From: the human T2T-CHM13v2.0 reference genome, Homo sapiens
Assembly (NCBI RefSeq): GCF_009914755.1
Contig: NC_060930.1
DNA length: 64,000 nucleotides
Reading direction: 5' to 3' (one strand)
Under the pieces are notes generated by a model that had not been told where the DNA came from, did not search any database, and worked only from the letters and a program-made list of their open reading frames with translations. The position numbers were made by a program, and so were the translations under genes. The first letter of the stretch is position 1. The number at the start of each line of letters is the position of its first letter. Positions 42,769-55,779 of this stretch are shown piece after piece.

Positions 42769-45700
42769 TTTTTGAATCACGGCAACAACAAGAATATTCG
42801 TTTCAAACAATTAGAAGGAACATTTATTTGAGTGATAGAGTCTCAAATCACCTTTTTGATTTCTATAAAGGTTTAAATGAAATGTAAGAAAATATAAAAC
42901 TAAAGATTATGGATATTTTTGTCCAAATACACAGTATACTTTTCTTCTCTATCTGCATATTTGGCAAATAGTAAAAATGTAAATGTTGGCAAATGTAATT
43001 AAGTCTATAAACTTCTTCATCAAGGAAACCTGAAAGGTCTTATCTACTAAATGTCCTATACACCTTGTACACGACACTCCAAAAGGGAGTATAACTTGTT
43101 TACCTGTGATTTTGAGGTTTTCATAAAATTTTTTGTTTAGTTTTTAGTTTCCTCAAAATGCACAGGAACACTTAATGAGATTTTTTAACTTTATTAAAAT
43201 GGAAAGAGATAGTCTCCTTAGATATATATTTACAAAATGCTTATTAGTTTCTGCCATAGAAAATATGTCAAAATATTGTTCTGCCATAAAATGACATTTT
43301 TAAACTGTGGGACAAGAATAGTGTCTTCCAATTTAAAAATTAATGGATATAAGAATTAAGTAAATGATTACAGAAAAATAGAAATTTACATTTTGTTTCT
43401 CCAAACGGATGATTCTAAGGAGGCCATCACTTGCCAAGAAAAGGATGAACTGACTATGCTTGTGTTGTTTAATGTTATGTTTAGGTTGTAATAGAAACTC
43501 ACACACACACACACAAAGACAACATTTTTGGAAATAAGATTGCTTCAGAACTCAAAAACATGTCACCAGATAAAAGCAGCCAAATTAAGCACAACTTTCA
43601 CACTTTACTAAAACCGTGACTTTTTTAGAATGCAACTTTTACATTTTTGAATTAACTTTGTGTTTTAAAACCATTTCCCTGAGAAAGAGAGGTTTAACTA
43701 ATGATAATATTCAATGTGTTTCAGAGTATTTAAAAACTATTGAAAATTTTTGGCATGGGCCACTTATATGATGAATTTATAGATCCAAAGGACCTAATTG
43801 ACAAATAGCTGGTCTACCAAAACAATCTTGTAGATGCAAAGTGGGTGACCATTTCTGGAGAGCTGGAAACTAATGCCTATATGTCTAAAAGTTAGTGAAA
43901 ATTTTTAGTGTCCAATATTCAAATGCTTTTGTTGAGGGGACATTTTGTTTAATGTCATCATATTGGACTTCATATCAGAAGGGTGTATGATGTAGACTTG
44001 ATCAAAACAGAGCTGCAAGTCAGAATAAAGTTTATTATTATTTCAACTTTGCCACTATATAAAAGAAAAGAAAGATGTTTTTAAAGGCTGCAGGCTGTTT
44101 GGGAAAGTATTATTAGAAAAGGAAAAATAAGTAAAATTATCTTATTGTACTACGTGATAAAAGAAACGTATCACTGCTATTTTTATTGAAGAAACACAAT
44201 ATTTGTGTAATTTATGCTCTCTTTAAAAACGCTTATATATTATAATTTAATTTCTTACTTTATTGAAATGGAAGGGAATAGTCTCCTTAGACATGTGCCT
44301 ACAAAATTGCTATTACAAAATAACATAGTCTGCAAAATTTAAATATCCCATAGTTTCACAAGTTTAAATGAATTGCTGTATCATATGACATAAACATCAT
44401 AAAAATATTATATTTTTCTCATACCTAAATGTCTATTCTTTTAGAATTATTCTATTAGTTTTACTATTAATTACTAATTGTCACTGTGGGATAGTCCTAT
44501 AATGGTTTTGATTAATCAATAGTATTTATGTATCAGAAAAGGAAAAAAAAATGGAACATACATAATTTCAAATAAATACCTGTTTGTCATATTCTTATGT
44601 TAAAATATATAATAATTGACTATACATTATATTATTATATATATTTTTGTTGTTGTTCTGGTATGGCATTGTTATGGGTTGACTCTGTAATTTGGTTATC
44701 CTACACATGTGCCACAAAGGGAGTCTTGCTTCATGGTCTTACCCTTTTCCCAGCAGTGGACTACTCTAGCTTGTTACTTGGTGCTAGGCTTTTGAAGGAG
44801 GCAGAAAGTTTCTATGTGGTTTAGATCCAGTCTCAGACTTAGAGCACTATGTCCTGGTTCTAGTTTTGTTTTTTGTTTTTTCCGTTAGCTTTTCTGCAAC
44901 TCTATCCATTGCAGCAAATCATGCCTATAATCTGCAGTTGGCTCACCTTTGGCAAGAAAATTTTCCTGCTTTTCACCTAGAGATACAGATGCTTGTTTGG
45001 CACTGGGACAGGATCCTAGAAACATAATGATTTTCCACAAGATGATTAGATTGTGATATGTAATAAATGTGAGCCACTGGGATTTGGGTGTTGCTTATTA
45101 CAGAAAATAACCTGTGTTATCTAACTTTACTTTTATTTTTAATTTTTATTTTTTTAAATCTGCAGTCAATTTATTATCTTTGGTCTTGTTGCTCTAACAC
45201 TAAGACTTCCAGGAGTGTATTTTATTAGGGTTGTTTTTCTGTTAGGTGATTTTTGCATCAAGATCAATCTTTCTGTTATTTTGATCTCTATGTTTTGTTT
45301 GTATCCAGATGTATTTCTGTGCAAAACTTGTCTCCAAGGAAGACTCTAATCTTCTAAACTCTGGATTTATATGATTTCTCAATATGCTATATCAACCTCA
45401 TTTTGCTAATAATGATACAGGACGGAGGCAGCAAAGTTCTGGATAGAGAAGGATGGGGTCCCTGGTGAGGGCTCCACCCTCAGGCCTGTGCCCATGGACC
45501 TAAGTATGGACAAGCACTCCTGTTTTTGCACCCAAATGTTGCATTTTCCAAGACCACTCTGACCCAACACATGCTCCATCCTGTGCTTATAAAAATCCCG
45601 AGACCCTAACAGGCACACACAGAAGTGGCTGGACGTTGAGAGGAGCAGAAGAGCACACTGACAGACACCAGCAAATGCTCGCAGGCCATCGAGGGCAGGA

Positions 45701-46185
45701 TGAGGATGACTTGGAATTTGGCAGGGGATGATTAGAGGAGAGTCTGGCCACTGGGCAGCCAACTCCACATTCCCACTTAATCCTCCTTCTGTTCTCCCCA
45801 TCCATCTTGCTGAGAGCTACCTCCGCTCAATAAAATCTTGCACCCACCCTCAAAGCCTATGTGTGATCCAATTTTTCCGGTACATGAAGGCAAGAACCCA
45901 GGATACAGAAAGCCCTCTGTCCTTGTTGAGCTAATTAACAAAAGCCACTTGCAGATGGCAAAACTGAAAGTGCACACTGTAACACATGCCCACTGGGGCC
46001 TCAGGAGCTGTAAACACTCAAGCCTAGATACTACCATGGGATTGGAGCCCAAAATGCTTTCCACAGCCTCCCTGACTGCATGCTCCCCACCCGCTTGGGG
46101 TTTGAGCAGAGGGGCACCAAAGAAGCCAGTCACACCCCTGTTGCAGTCCCTATGAAGGGGATAAAGGAACTTTTCTTGTTTCAAC

Positions 46186-46203
46186 TGGGGGCTTGTCCGG
46201 AAT
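46186..46203 (+). promoter_or_regulatory. Retroviral primer-binding site, tRNA-Pro
   Basis: tgggggcttgtccggaat matches canonical TGGGGGCTCGTCCGGGAT at 16/18 and lies 2 nt after the LTR CA. Confidence 0.85.
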
Positions 46204-47398
46204 CCCCAAAGGTGAGTGCAAATGTGAAACTGTCAGATCTGCCTCTTTTCCAAAACCCGGCCACCTCTCTCTCTCTTTCCTGTGGGTAAAAAGCTCTGTT
46301 TCCCTTCATGGAGTCTTAACTGCCCTAACTGGGCTGGTTAAAATCCCCAGACTTCTTATTTTTTTCTCTCTTTCACTGTTTGAAATGGCTCTTATATCTT
46401 TCTTTATAATGTTAAGAGTTTTGCTACAGGCTGCCAAAGGTGCAAATCAGACCAACTGTTCCTAGAGGTACCATCTCTACCCCCACACGGACTGTGGCAG
46501 GCGTGTGCTGCTCAGGGCACCTCCCTTCCCCTCTCCTCTCCCAGCTTGAGCACGTGGGCACATTCACTGCATGCAAAGTCCAACAGCCATGAGGTGGGGG
46601 TGGGGGAAAACCACAGCTAGTAGCCAGGACCCCACAGGGCCCATGAGCGGATGCTTCTCGCCCACTGGGCCAATGGAACTTTTCTCCCCTAGCCAAGAAA
46701 TTCAAGCCAGTCCAAACCTGGGGACGGATACAAGGATTAAAGGGGCCCATTTGCACTGAGCAATGGGTTCTTCCCCCAGGGCCTCCCCATTTTTCTCCAT
46801 AAACTGTTTTTTTCTTTTTTCCTTTTCTAGAGGGCTCCCCTTCCTAGCACTCTGTTTGTGATAGAGAAGTTAATGGAGGAATAGCCCCACTGGCTGATAA
46901 CAGCAAATTTGGCAGGGTTCATTTGAGACACTCCAGATAGATACAAACAACCTCTGAAATACCTTTTCAGTCCCAAACTAGATTCCAAACTTCAGGCTGA
47001 GGTCCTAGAAAGGAAAGCTAGGTCTGATGGATCTAAAGCTAGGCAACAGGCAGAATGTAAATGGACAGGACCAATTCCTGCTGACTGAACCCCCCACCCT
47101 ATGGAAGGAGGCCATGCTCCATGGCATTGACAGGCCCAGGGAACTCAAAGGTTGTCGATAGCAGGGGAAAATGGAGGCGTAGGTGAGGGTGGTTAATTCC
47201 CATTCTCTAGGTTTTTCCCTGCTTCATGGGTACACACTGCATTGTACCTATGGCTGGCACCTGCCAATAACCCTGGGACTCAGGGATAAAAATATGGGAG
47301 GGAAAGGAGGGCACTCACCTTCACTCTCTGTCACACCCTGAGTTTTCACTGAAAGAAAGAAGGGAAATGGGGAATGCCTCTATTCCCTGTCTTTCAGA

Positions 47399-48689
47399 AT
47401 GGGCAACCAGCTCACTTCACCACCCCCAGCTTGTACTCCTCTGGAGTGTATCCTGAAACATTGGGTCTGCTTTGACTCTCAGAATCTGGAGGAAAAATGC
47501 CTCATAGAGGCATTTGTACACCTCTGTACAAAGGTGTGACCAAATTATAAAGGACTGGTTTAGCCCCAGGAAGGAGCCATTCATTTCAATACCATCCAGC
47601 AGTTGGAACTCTTCTGTAGATCTAAGGACAGATGGTCTGAGGCCCCATATGTTCAGGCTTTCTATACCTCACAAGGCAATTCAGACCTTTGCCAAGAGTG
47701 TAGAATTGATCCAGCCCTCCTGTTTGCTGTCTCAGGGAATGCTGCAATGGGCAAGCCCAGAGAATTAAAGATACGAATCCAAGAGTCATTCCCAGCAGAG
47801 AAGCAAGCCCCCTCAAGCCTTGCTCCTCCAGGTCCACCCTGACTTCCCTACCCAGTTTCAGCCTCTCATTTAACCACTCCTAGAAATCCTCATCCTAAAC
47901 AAGTCCCAGTCTTACTCTTGTCCCTCCAACAGATGTCCAGTGAATTTGGGCTCAGTAAGGTCTAGGTCCCCTTCTCCCTACAAGACTTAAAAGCAAATTA
48001 AAGGAGATCTTGGCAAGTTTTCAGATGACCCTGCGAGATACATAGAGGCTTTCCAGAATTTCACCCAAATATTTGAACTCTCCCCTAGAGCTGTTATGTT
48101 ACTTTTGAATCAGACCCTGATGGATAATGAGAAGCAGGCCACTCTGCAAGCAGCAGAGAAATTTGGGGATGAGCTTTGCATCATATATAGCACCAGAGAA
48201 GGGGTCAAATATTATCCAACTAGAAGAGAAGAAATACCTTTAAATGACTCTAAATGGGATCACAATGACAAGATGGAAGACTGGAAGAGGAGACACTTTC
48301 AAATGTACATAATGGAAGGCTTATGTAGAACTAGGACCACGACTCTCAATTATACTAAGTTGTCCATAACTGACCAGTGGTTTAATAAAAATCCCACTGT
48401 ATTCCTGGAAAGGCTAAGAGAGGCCTTGGTAAAGCACACCTCTTTATCTCCTGATTCGGTCGAGGGACAGCTAATCCTAAAGAATAAATTTATTACTGAG
48501 GCAGCTCCTGATATCAGGAGGAAGTTGCAGAAACGGGCCTCCGGACCAGATAGTACATTAGAGGACCTCCTGAAAGTGGCCACCTTGGTCTTTTACAATG
48601 GAGAAAGGGAGACACAAGAAAGAGGCAGAAGCTTTAATAATCACTGTGCAAGCCCACCAACCCCAGAAGCCCCATGGTACACCTGTTAA
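47399..48689 (+). pseudogene. Decayed gammaretroviral-like gag (MA + CA; ERV9/HERV-W-related)
   Basis: 'MGNQ...TPLECILKHW' at 47399, 'RWSEAPYVQAF', and a 197-aa CA fragment 48096..48689 with MHR-like 'NPTVFLERLREALVKHTSLSPDSVEGQLILK...APDIRRKLQK'. Confidence 0.85.
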
Positions 48690-49109
48690 CTGTTAAAGAT
48701 ATGGCAAGAACAGTTATCTCTCTTCTAAAGTTTAACTGCTCACATACAAAGTTTAATTTCTTTCACCAGGGTGAAACAGCTCAGGGTACAATGTTGTTGT
48801 TAGTATATTTCACTTCTTATCTCTGTAATCCTTGGCACTAGATTCTTTCCTGGTATAATACACATGTTTAACACATGCATACTAAACCTTATAAAATTTG
48901 TTTCTTTTCTCTCACTTACAGGCCATCAAACTCCAAACAGACAGGCAACTGGTGCCTCAGACGATGGCTCTCCTTTGCCAGGAACCCTTAGATAGACCTC
49001 TGGGAGGAATCTGACTGCCATTTTCCCCAAAACAAGACCCCCCTGTCAGCAGGAAATAGCTAAGACCGGTTGTCCTCCATATTCTAACAGCAGTTAGATA
49101 TGTCTCTTC

Positions 49110-49121
49110 AGAGGAGAGAAA
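49110..49121 (+). promoter_or_regulatory. Polypurine tract
   Basis: agaggagagaaa immediately before the 3' LTR TG. Confidence 0.8.
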
Positions 49122-52100
49122 TGATACAGGAGAGGGGCAGGGAAGTGCTGGATAGAGAAGGGCAGGGTCCCTGGCAAGGGCTCCACCCTTGGACATGTGC
49201 CCATGGACCTAAGTGAGGACAGACACTCCTGTTTTTGTGCCCAAATGTTGCATTTTTCAAGACCGCTCTGGCCCACCAGGGATCCTCCCACCCCTAATTC
49301 TGTGCCTATAAAAATCCTGAGACCCTAGTGGGCACACACACAAGTGGTTAGATGTCAAAAGGAGCAGAGGAGCAAAAGGGCAGATGCCAGCAGACGCTGG
49401 CAGTCTATCGTCCATCGACAGTGGGAAAATATGGAAGTCAGCCGGGGGATGGTCGGTGGAGAGTTCGGCTGCTGGGCAGCTGACCCCAAGGGAGGACCAC
49501 CTTCCCACTTCTTCCCCCTTCTTGCCTCCCCATCCACCTCACTGAGAGGTACCTCTACTCCATAGAACCTGCACCCATCTTCCAAGCCCACGTGTGATCT
49601 GATTTTTCTGGTACACTAGAGCACGGAAAGCCCTCTGTCCTTGTGATAAGGCAGAACATCCAATTGAGCTGATTAACACAAGCTGCCTGCAGAAGGCAAA
49701 ACAAAGAGCACACTGTAACCGCATGCCGACTGGGGCTTCGGGAGCTGTAAACACAACCCTAGACGCTGCCTTGGGGCCAGAACCCAAACGTTCCCCACAA
49801 CATGCCCGACTGCATGCTCCCCCTAGGAGTTTGAGCAGAGGGGCACTGAAGAAGCGAGTCACACCCCTGTTGCACACCCTTCCAGGGGAAAAAAAGAGCT
49901 TTTCCCATCTCAATAAAACTAGTACATACAATTCTCATACCTATATCTCATTCCACTTCCACCTTTAACATCTCTCATTCTAATACTTAGTTGCTCTTTG
50001 AACTCCATCATGAAGTCTTATTCAACTAAACCATCAAGTTTATCATATCCTCCACTGTTTGATTTTCATTTCACAACACAGGATGACTTGGGTATTTATC
50101 TAAAATGCAGATTCATGGTCTTTGCCCCAGTAAATTTTTATCCGAGAGATTTTGAGTAGGGGTTGTGATCTATATTTTTAAAAACCTCCCCGGGTGAGAC
50201 AGAAACATATTCAAAGACAGTGCTTAGTTTCCCCCTCCACTCCGCTCAGTTAATTTTCTTGTTTTTGGAGATCCAGCCTTGAATGAATTCCCCAAGAGTG
50301 GGACCAACCCAGACGTTTAGGATAGTCTCCCAAATGCACAGGGTTTGTCTGCATCAATTACAAAGAAGCCTAGACTGCTTGACATATGTTTATATGTCCC
50401 ACCATAACATTTTGGATCAACAGTGTTCAAAATATATTCTATTTCAGACCTTTGATGTCTATCCTTTTGCCTTTCTCTTGTGAAGTCCTGCTGGTAGGAC
50501 ATAAAGCCTAGGGCATCCCATCACCTGCCTGAGCCTAGTGGCCTGTTCCTGTCTTGGTCCCATGTTGCTACATCCTGCCCAGAATTAAGAGATTTTCCTA
50601 AGCTAATAGACCAAATGAGATATGTCTCAATAAGACTGTATGTGAGAACTCCAATTTCTCCAAAAGAGAATTTTCAATTAGTTCATGTTGTACCATGTTG
50701 GAAAGTCAGTTACATTACAAAATTCCCTAGCTCTTCAAAGCCAATTTGAATGATTCTTGTATACTTAGTTTTGAGATTCTTTCTAGAATAATTTCCCCAA
50801 ATGATGAGTTTATCATTGGATCCACCAACAATGTTAGATTGCTCATTAATTCTCTTGTGCCTTCTAAGTCATTTTGAAGATCTAGTGTTTTTCAGGTGTC
50901 GCCTCTTCTTTTTATTCTTTTAAGTCATTTCTAGGACTCAGATGTTTTCCTCAAGAAGATGCATTGTTTTAGTAAAGTTCAGTTTGAATCCTTCTTACTA
51001 CATTTTTATTTAATCCCCCACTATGTTGTTTTTCTTCTTGAGATATTTTATTTGCTGTCAGTAGGCATTCTAAGCAGAGGTTTAGCTGATAATTAGCCAT
51101 TTCTTTAGTGACACATCTCACTTGACAAAGAGGGTTAAAAAAGATGATTTCCTTGGATTGTACTTTTTAGTTGTGATGATATATTCCATTATTTACTATG
51201 TAAACTGATACACCTTAGCTCAGCACTAGGTTTTGTATCATCAAACTAAAAAAACAAATTTAATAGTTTTTTCTCCTCTTTGAACCAAAACTTAAGAAGT
51301 TTGTGGAAATGTGAAAAGCTAGAATAACAAATATGCAATTAAGCACAATCCTCTGAGAAATAGAAAATAGCAATAATTGTTTAGATTATAAGATTCGGGG
51401 TTCAATGTTCCATAAAACAAAGGTATTATTTAGATTTATTTTTGTTTCCTTACAACTAAGCTTAACACAGGCTTTTATAGAAATTTAAAAATATTTATAT
51501 AAAAGGACAAGGGACTATTAAGAAGGAAGATAAATATTTCATGTAGAACTACTACATCAGCTTTCTTGAAATAATTAACTGGTAAGTTCAATTTACCCTC
51601 AAATCAATTAAGATTCAATAACAGTTTCAACCTTTTCCCCTTTTGGTTGAAGTTTGACCAAATTGATTTTGTTATTTTGACAGACTATGGTCATAATCAA
51701 ACCACTCGAAATCCTTTGTGGCATCATAAAGGGACTCTTTCAGAATATTAAGAAAAGCAACCATAGCATTATTATACTTTTTGTCCACACATTATTTGAC
51801 ATGCCATCTTTTTCACATGAATATGTAAAATGATGTAATCCTAATTAGGTTCATCATACAAATTTTTAATAGTGAAAAGGCATGACAAAATGAGGCCTCT
51901 CTAAAGTTATTTATGAATTGCAAATTTGAGGATTATATTTGAGAAACAGTTCTTTATGATCATTACAGCCCAGCTACTCCAGATTTTTCATGGAAGTTAT
52001 TTTAACAATAAAAAAAGACTGATATAATTTAAGATCTCAGTGAGGTGAGGCATGGGTGGATCAGTAACAACAGACATTATATAGATTATATACCAAGTTG

Positions 52101-52681
52101 AAATTGAAGGTTCATGAAGTATAGTTTCATCTTTTTCATTGATCATCCTAGCAAATACATATGCATTTACCCCTGTTAATTCATGCACATACTCTCAACC
52201 ACTTCTGTTATTAATATTTAATACATGTGTGGGCCATCTGCCTTCCCTTCCTACCTCTAACACTACCATACATTGCAGGTTGCCTTTCTTACATGCATGC
52301 GGCTATCCAGTCACACATCCAAAATCTTTTTACTCACCCTCCCCGAACAACTGGCAGCTCAAAACATCCTCAAGAAATGTGACTTGGGAGAGAGAATGCA
52401 CCTCTGTTTACAGGTTAGCAAGTTTATTTAAACAGATATTTCTGAAGTTCAAGCTGGGTTGTGAACTCTAGATGGATCCTGATGGATATATCTTAGTGAT
52501 TCCAGGGACTCCTTCACCTTGGGGTGGAATGCAATTAGAGTGAAACAAAGTGGGACTCTAATGCACAGGGCCTAGATTAGGGTCCTCAAATGCCTGATGT
52601 AGTGGATATTTATATCTGTCTAATATATTGCAGTATGTGGAGCAACACAAGGTGGCCACTTTTAGTAAAAGAAAGAATACT

Positions 52682-52998
<317 letters not shown>

Positions 52999-53479
52999 AA
53001 GAATATTTCCTATATGAATGGCTCTGTTGATTGAATGGCTCTGAGAATTGTTATTTTTAGAGAGTTTTTTAACCGTAATCTTGAAAAGCCTGCTAACTCT
53101 CCCCTTCTTTGGCAATCTGGAAAACCTGCTGCTTAAAATGATATTGTCCAGACTTAGCCTATTAGACATCAAGGAAAAGTCCCAAAATAGAAGACGGTTC
53201 CCAGCTGATAAAGAATGATCTTTGGCTGTCCTGACAGTGCATTCAAAAGCTTCATATCTTTTAATAAAGAGTTCTATTGAAACTCTTTTTTGGATCACAC
53301 TCTTGTTTGGAGACTTAAACCAAAAAACAAAGGTGCACAAATTTTGTTCCATAGTCTACCAGCAATTTTTCCAAAGTTTTAATTTTAATTTTTTAAGTAG
53401 TCTAGTGGCATAAACCTGTCATTTAGCTTTTTAATATTAATGCAGGCATATAGAACCAAACAGAACTTACAGTCCAATC

Positions 53480-53640
53480 TTGGCTCAACTTACCAGTTTT
53501 GACATTAGGGACTGAGACTTAATTCCTTTATCTGAAAATCAGAAATAAAGTATCTAGTTCTTATGGTTGTTCATAAAATTAAATGAAAAAATGTATATTT
53601 TCTTTCTTCTATAAAATAAGCACTCAATAAATGGCAGTAT
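53480..53640 (+). mobile_element. MIR fragment
   Basis: 'tatctgaaaatcagaaata...ggttgttcataaaattaaatga...gcactcaataaatggcag'. Confidence 0.55.
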
Positions 53641-54914
53641 TATCACCACCTCCATGGTTTCTAGCACTGGTAAAGGATTAGAGCATTGCCATTGGACCAT
53701 TAATTGATATCATTATCTTCATTGCTTGAATAATTTCTATGTGTAAAAACTATTTAGTCAAATCATTATTAATAAAATTGCCAAGGGCATACTTAACCTA
53801 CACTATGCCAATCCTAAGTACTAAAATACATGTTCTTTTTAGAAGACTCCCTCTTTAAGAAATGGCATCATGTCAGAATTAAGCTTTTGATATTCAATTT
53901 TTAAGTCTCTTTACCAGATAATACTAGAGTTTTTTCTCCTTCTTTCCTCTCATAGCATGAGGAATTTTCCCACATACCTTTTTTGGATAAGTAGGGCCAT
54001 AACCAAGGCAAGGGTGAGGATTTCTGAGAATCAGTATCACTTTTGGTAAAGGCATAACGTGTCTAAAGGTTTCACTATGTGAAGATGAGGAGAAAGTTGT
54101 GACATACTGTCTTAAGGGAAAGCTCAATTAGATGCAAGGTAGACTTTCTTAACAAGTTTTCAACTTAACAGAAGTAATGATCCTTTAAATTTGTTTTTAA
54201 TACAGTAAGATCTCTGTGGCAGCAATGCCCGTAATTTGAATGTGCTAAAGGTATTTCAGTCTTATTTAATTATAATAAAGTAAATGGTCAAAAGAATTAA
54301 AGTAACTGATGGTTGTTGATCACAGGTTTTGGTTCTCTACATGCTTGCAGAAGATTGGTCTCTAAATTCAGCTTAGTCCTTGCAAGAATTAATAAATCAT
54401 ATGTAATGAAGCTATAATCAGACAGACCATGCTCATGAACACCAGTACATTGCTTTAGAAGCTTAGATTAACAACAAAAATTTGCCCAAAGATACCTTGT
54501 AGAAAAAAACAATAAGGGATTAAAAAGAGAGTCAAAGTTCCAAGCCTATTTTTAAAGCACTAGGTATTGTAGAGATCTGTGGGCAACTATGGATGCTGCA
54601 AAATGTCTAAAATTATTAAAATACTGATTCGTAATCACAGAAAAACAGATATGTTTCAAATGTTAATCTATGTCAAGATACAGAAATAAAAACCCAGACC
54701 CTCAGAAGACTTTTAAGAGCTTGGATTAGAATGGTTACAACTTAATAGAAACACAAAATGGACAGCTGATCAACAAAATGATTTCATGGCCCAGCTCTAA
54801 GATAATCAAGACAGACTGAAGGAGTGTGCAGCAGCAGTGTATTATGTGTAGAATCATCAGGAAGTAGAATGTGTATTTCTTCAAAATGTGGATAGAATAA
54901 TGAGATTTATTTTC

Positions 54915-55125
54915 TACAGCAATGTAGGGTAAGGTTAGAGAAAATGCTTTGGAGCCAAACCAATCTAGATTTGAAGCATCATTCTTCCATCGTTCCAAAT
55001 TGCCTTGGGCAAATTACTTACTTGTGCAATAAGGTTACTTTCCAGAATTTTTGTGCATTTAAATGAGATTCCATATATAAAGTGCTTAGCTCACATGTGG
55101 TGCACAGTAAGCAATAAACAAATAA
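54915..55125 (+). mobile_element. MIR SINE
   Basis: 'gctttggagccaaac...ccttgggcaaattactta...aaagtgcttagc'. Confidence 0.65.
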
Positions 55126-55779
55126 TATGTTTTTCTAATAGTTATTATTACTATTTTTCTTCTGGTTATGGCAAGGGTAACAATGGGGGTTTTATATATG
55201 TACTTTGCATAGGACCTTTAGGAAATTAGAGCAAGTCTCCAGGAATTTTACTTTCCAAAAGACTTTAAGACTTCCAAGGAAGGATGTTATTAAGAGAAAA
55301 AGGACTGACAGATACACAGGTCATAAACTTCTAAGATTAATGTTTCAAAACATAATGAAACAAAACTGTAAACAAATTTTCTAGGAATATTGCACCAGTA
55401 GGAACAAGAAAGGCCTATACTTTTTCTGTTCCTTTTTCTCTTCTTTCTTTTGTGATAATTTAATTTAAAAAATTTATTTAAAATTTTTAAGTAAAATTTA
55501 ATAATTCTAATATTTTATTTTGTTTCCTATATTAATTATATAATATTTTATAAAATTCCATATTATGTTAGAAATTACAATAAAAATTCTTAACTTACCA
55601 CAGTCTGCTAGATTCAGCATAGTACTACTTCACGATTAACTCTTCTGAATTGATCATTTAATAATGGCCTTGTGTTATTTAAGCCCAGTTTTCCAGTGGT
55701 GTTAGATGTGTTGTTCATTAATATTTGTGGATGTCAAATTGAAATGTAAGAACTTAATAAAAATTGGCTACTCACTTTT

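Larger units (their letters stand above)
45413..49912 (+). mobile_element. ERV1 provirus, LTR1-family/HUERS-P2-like, pol-less: 5'LTR 45413-46183, 3'LTR 49122-49912
   Basis: Two TG...CA LTRs of about 780 bp with TATA-like (tataaaaa) motifs and aataaa in the 5' LTR. 4-bp TSD ataa at 45409-45412 and 49913-49916. PBS and PPT present. Confidence 0.88.
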
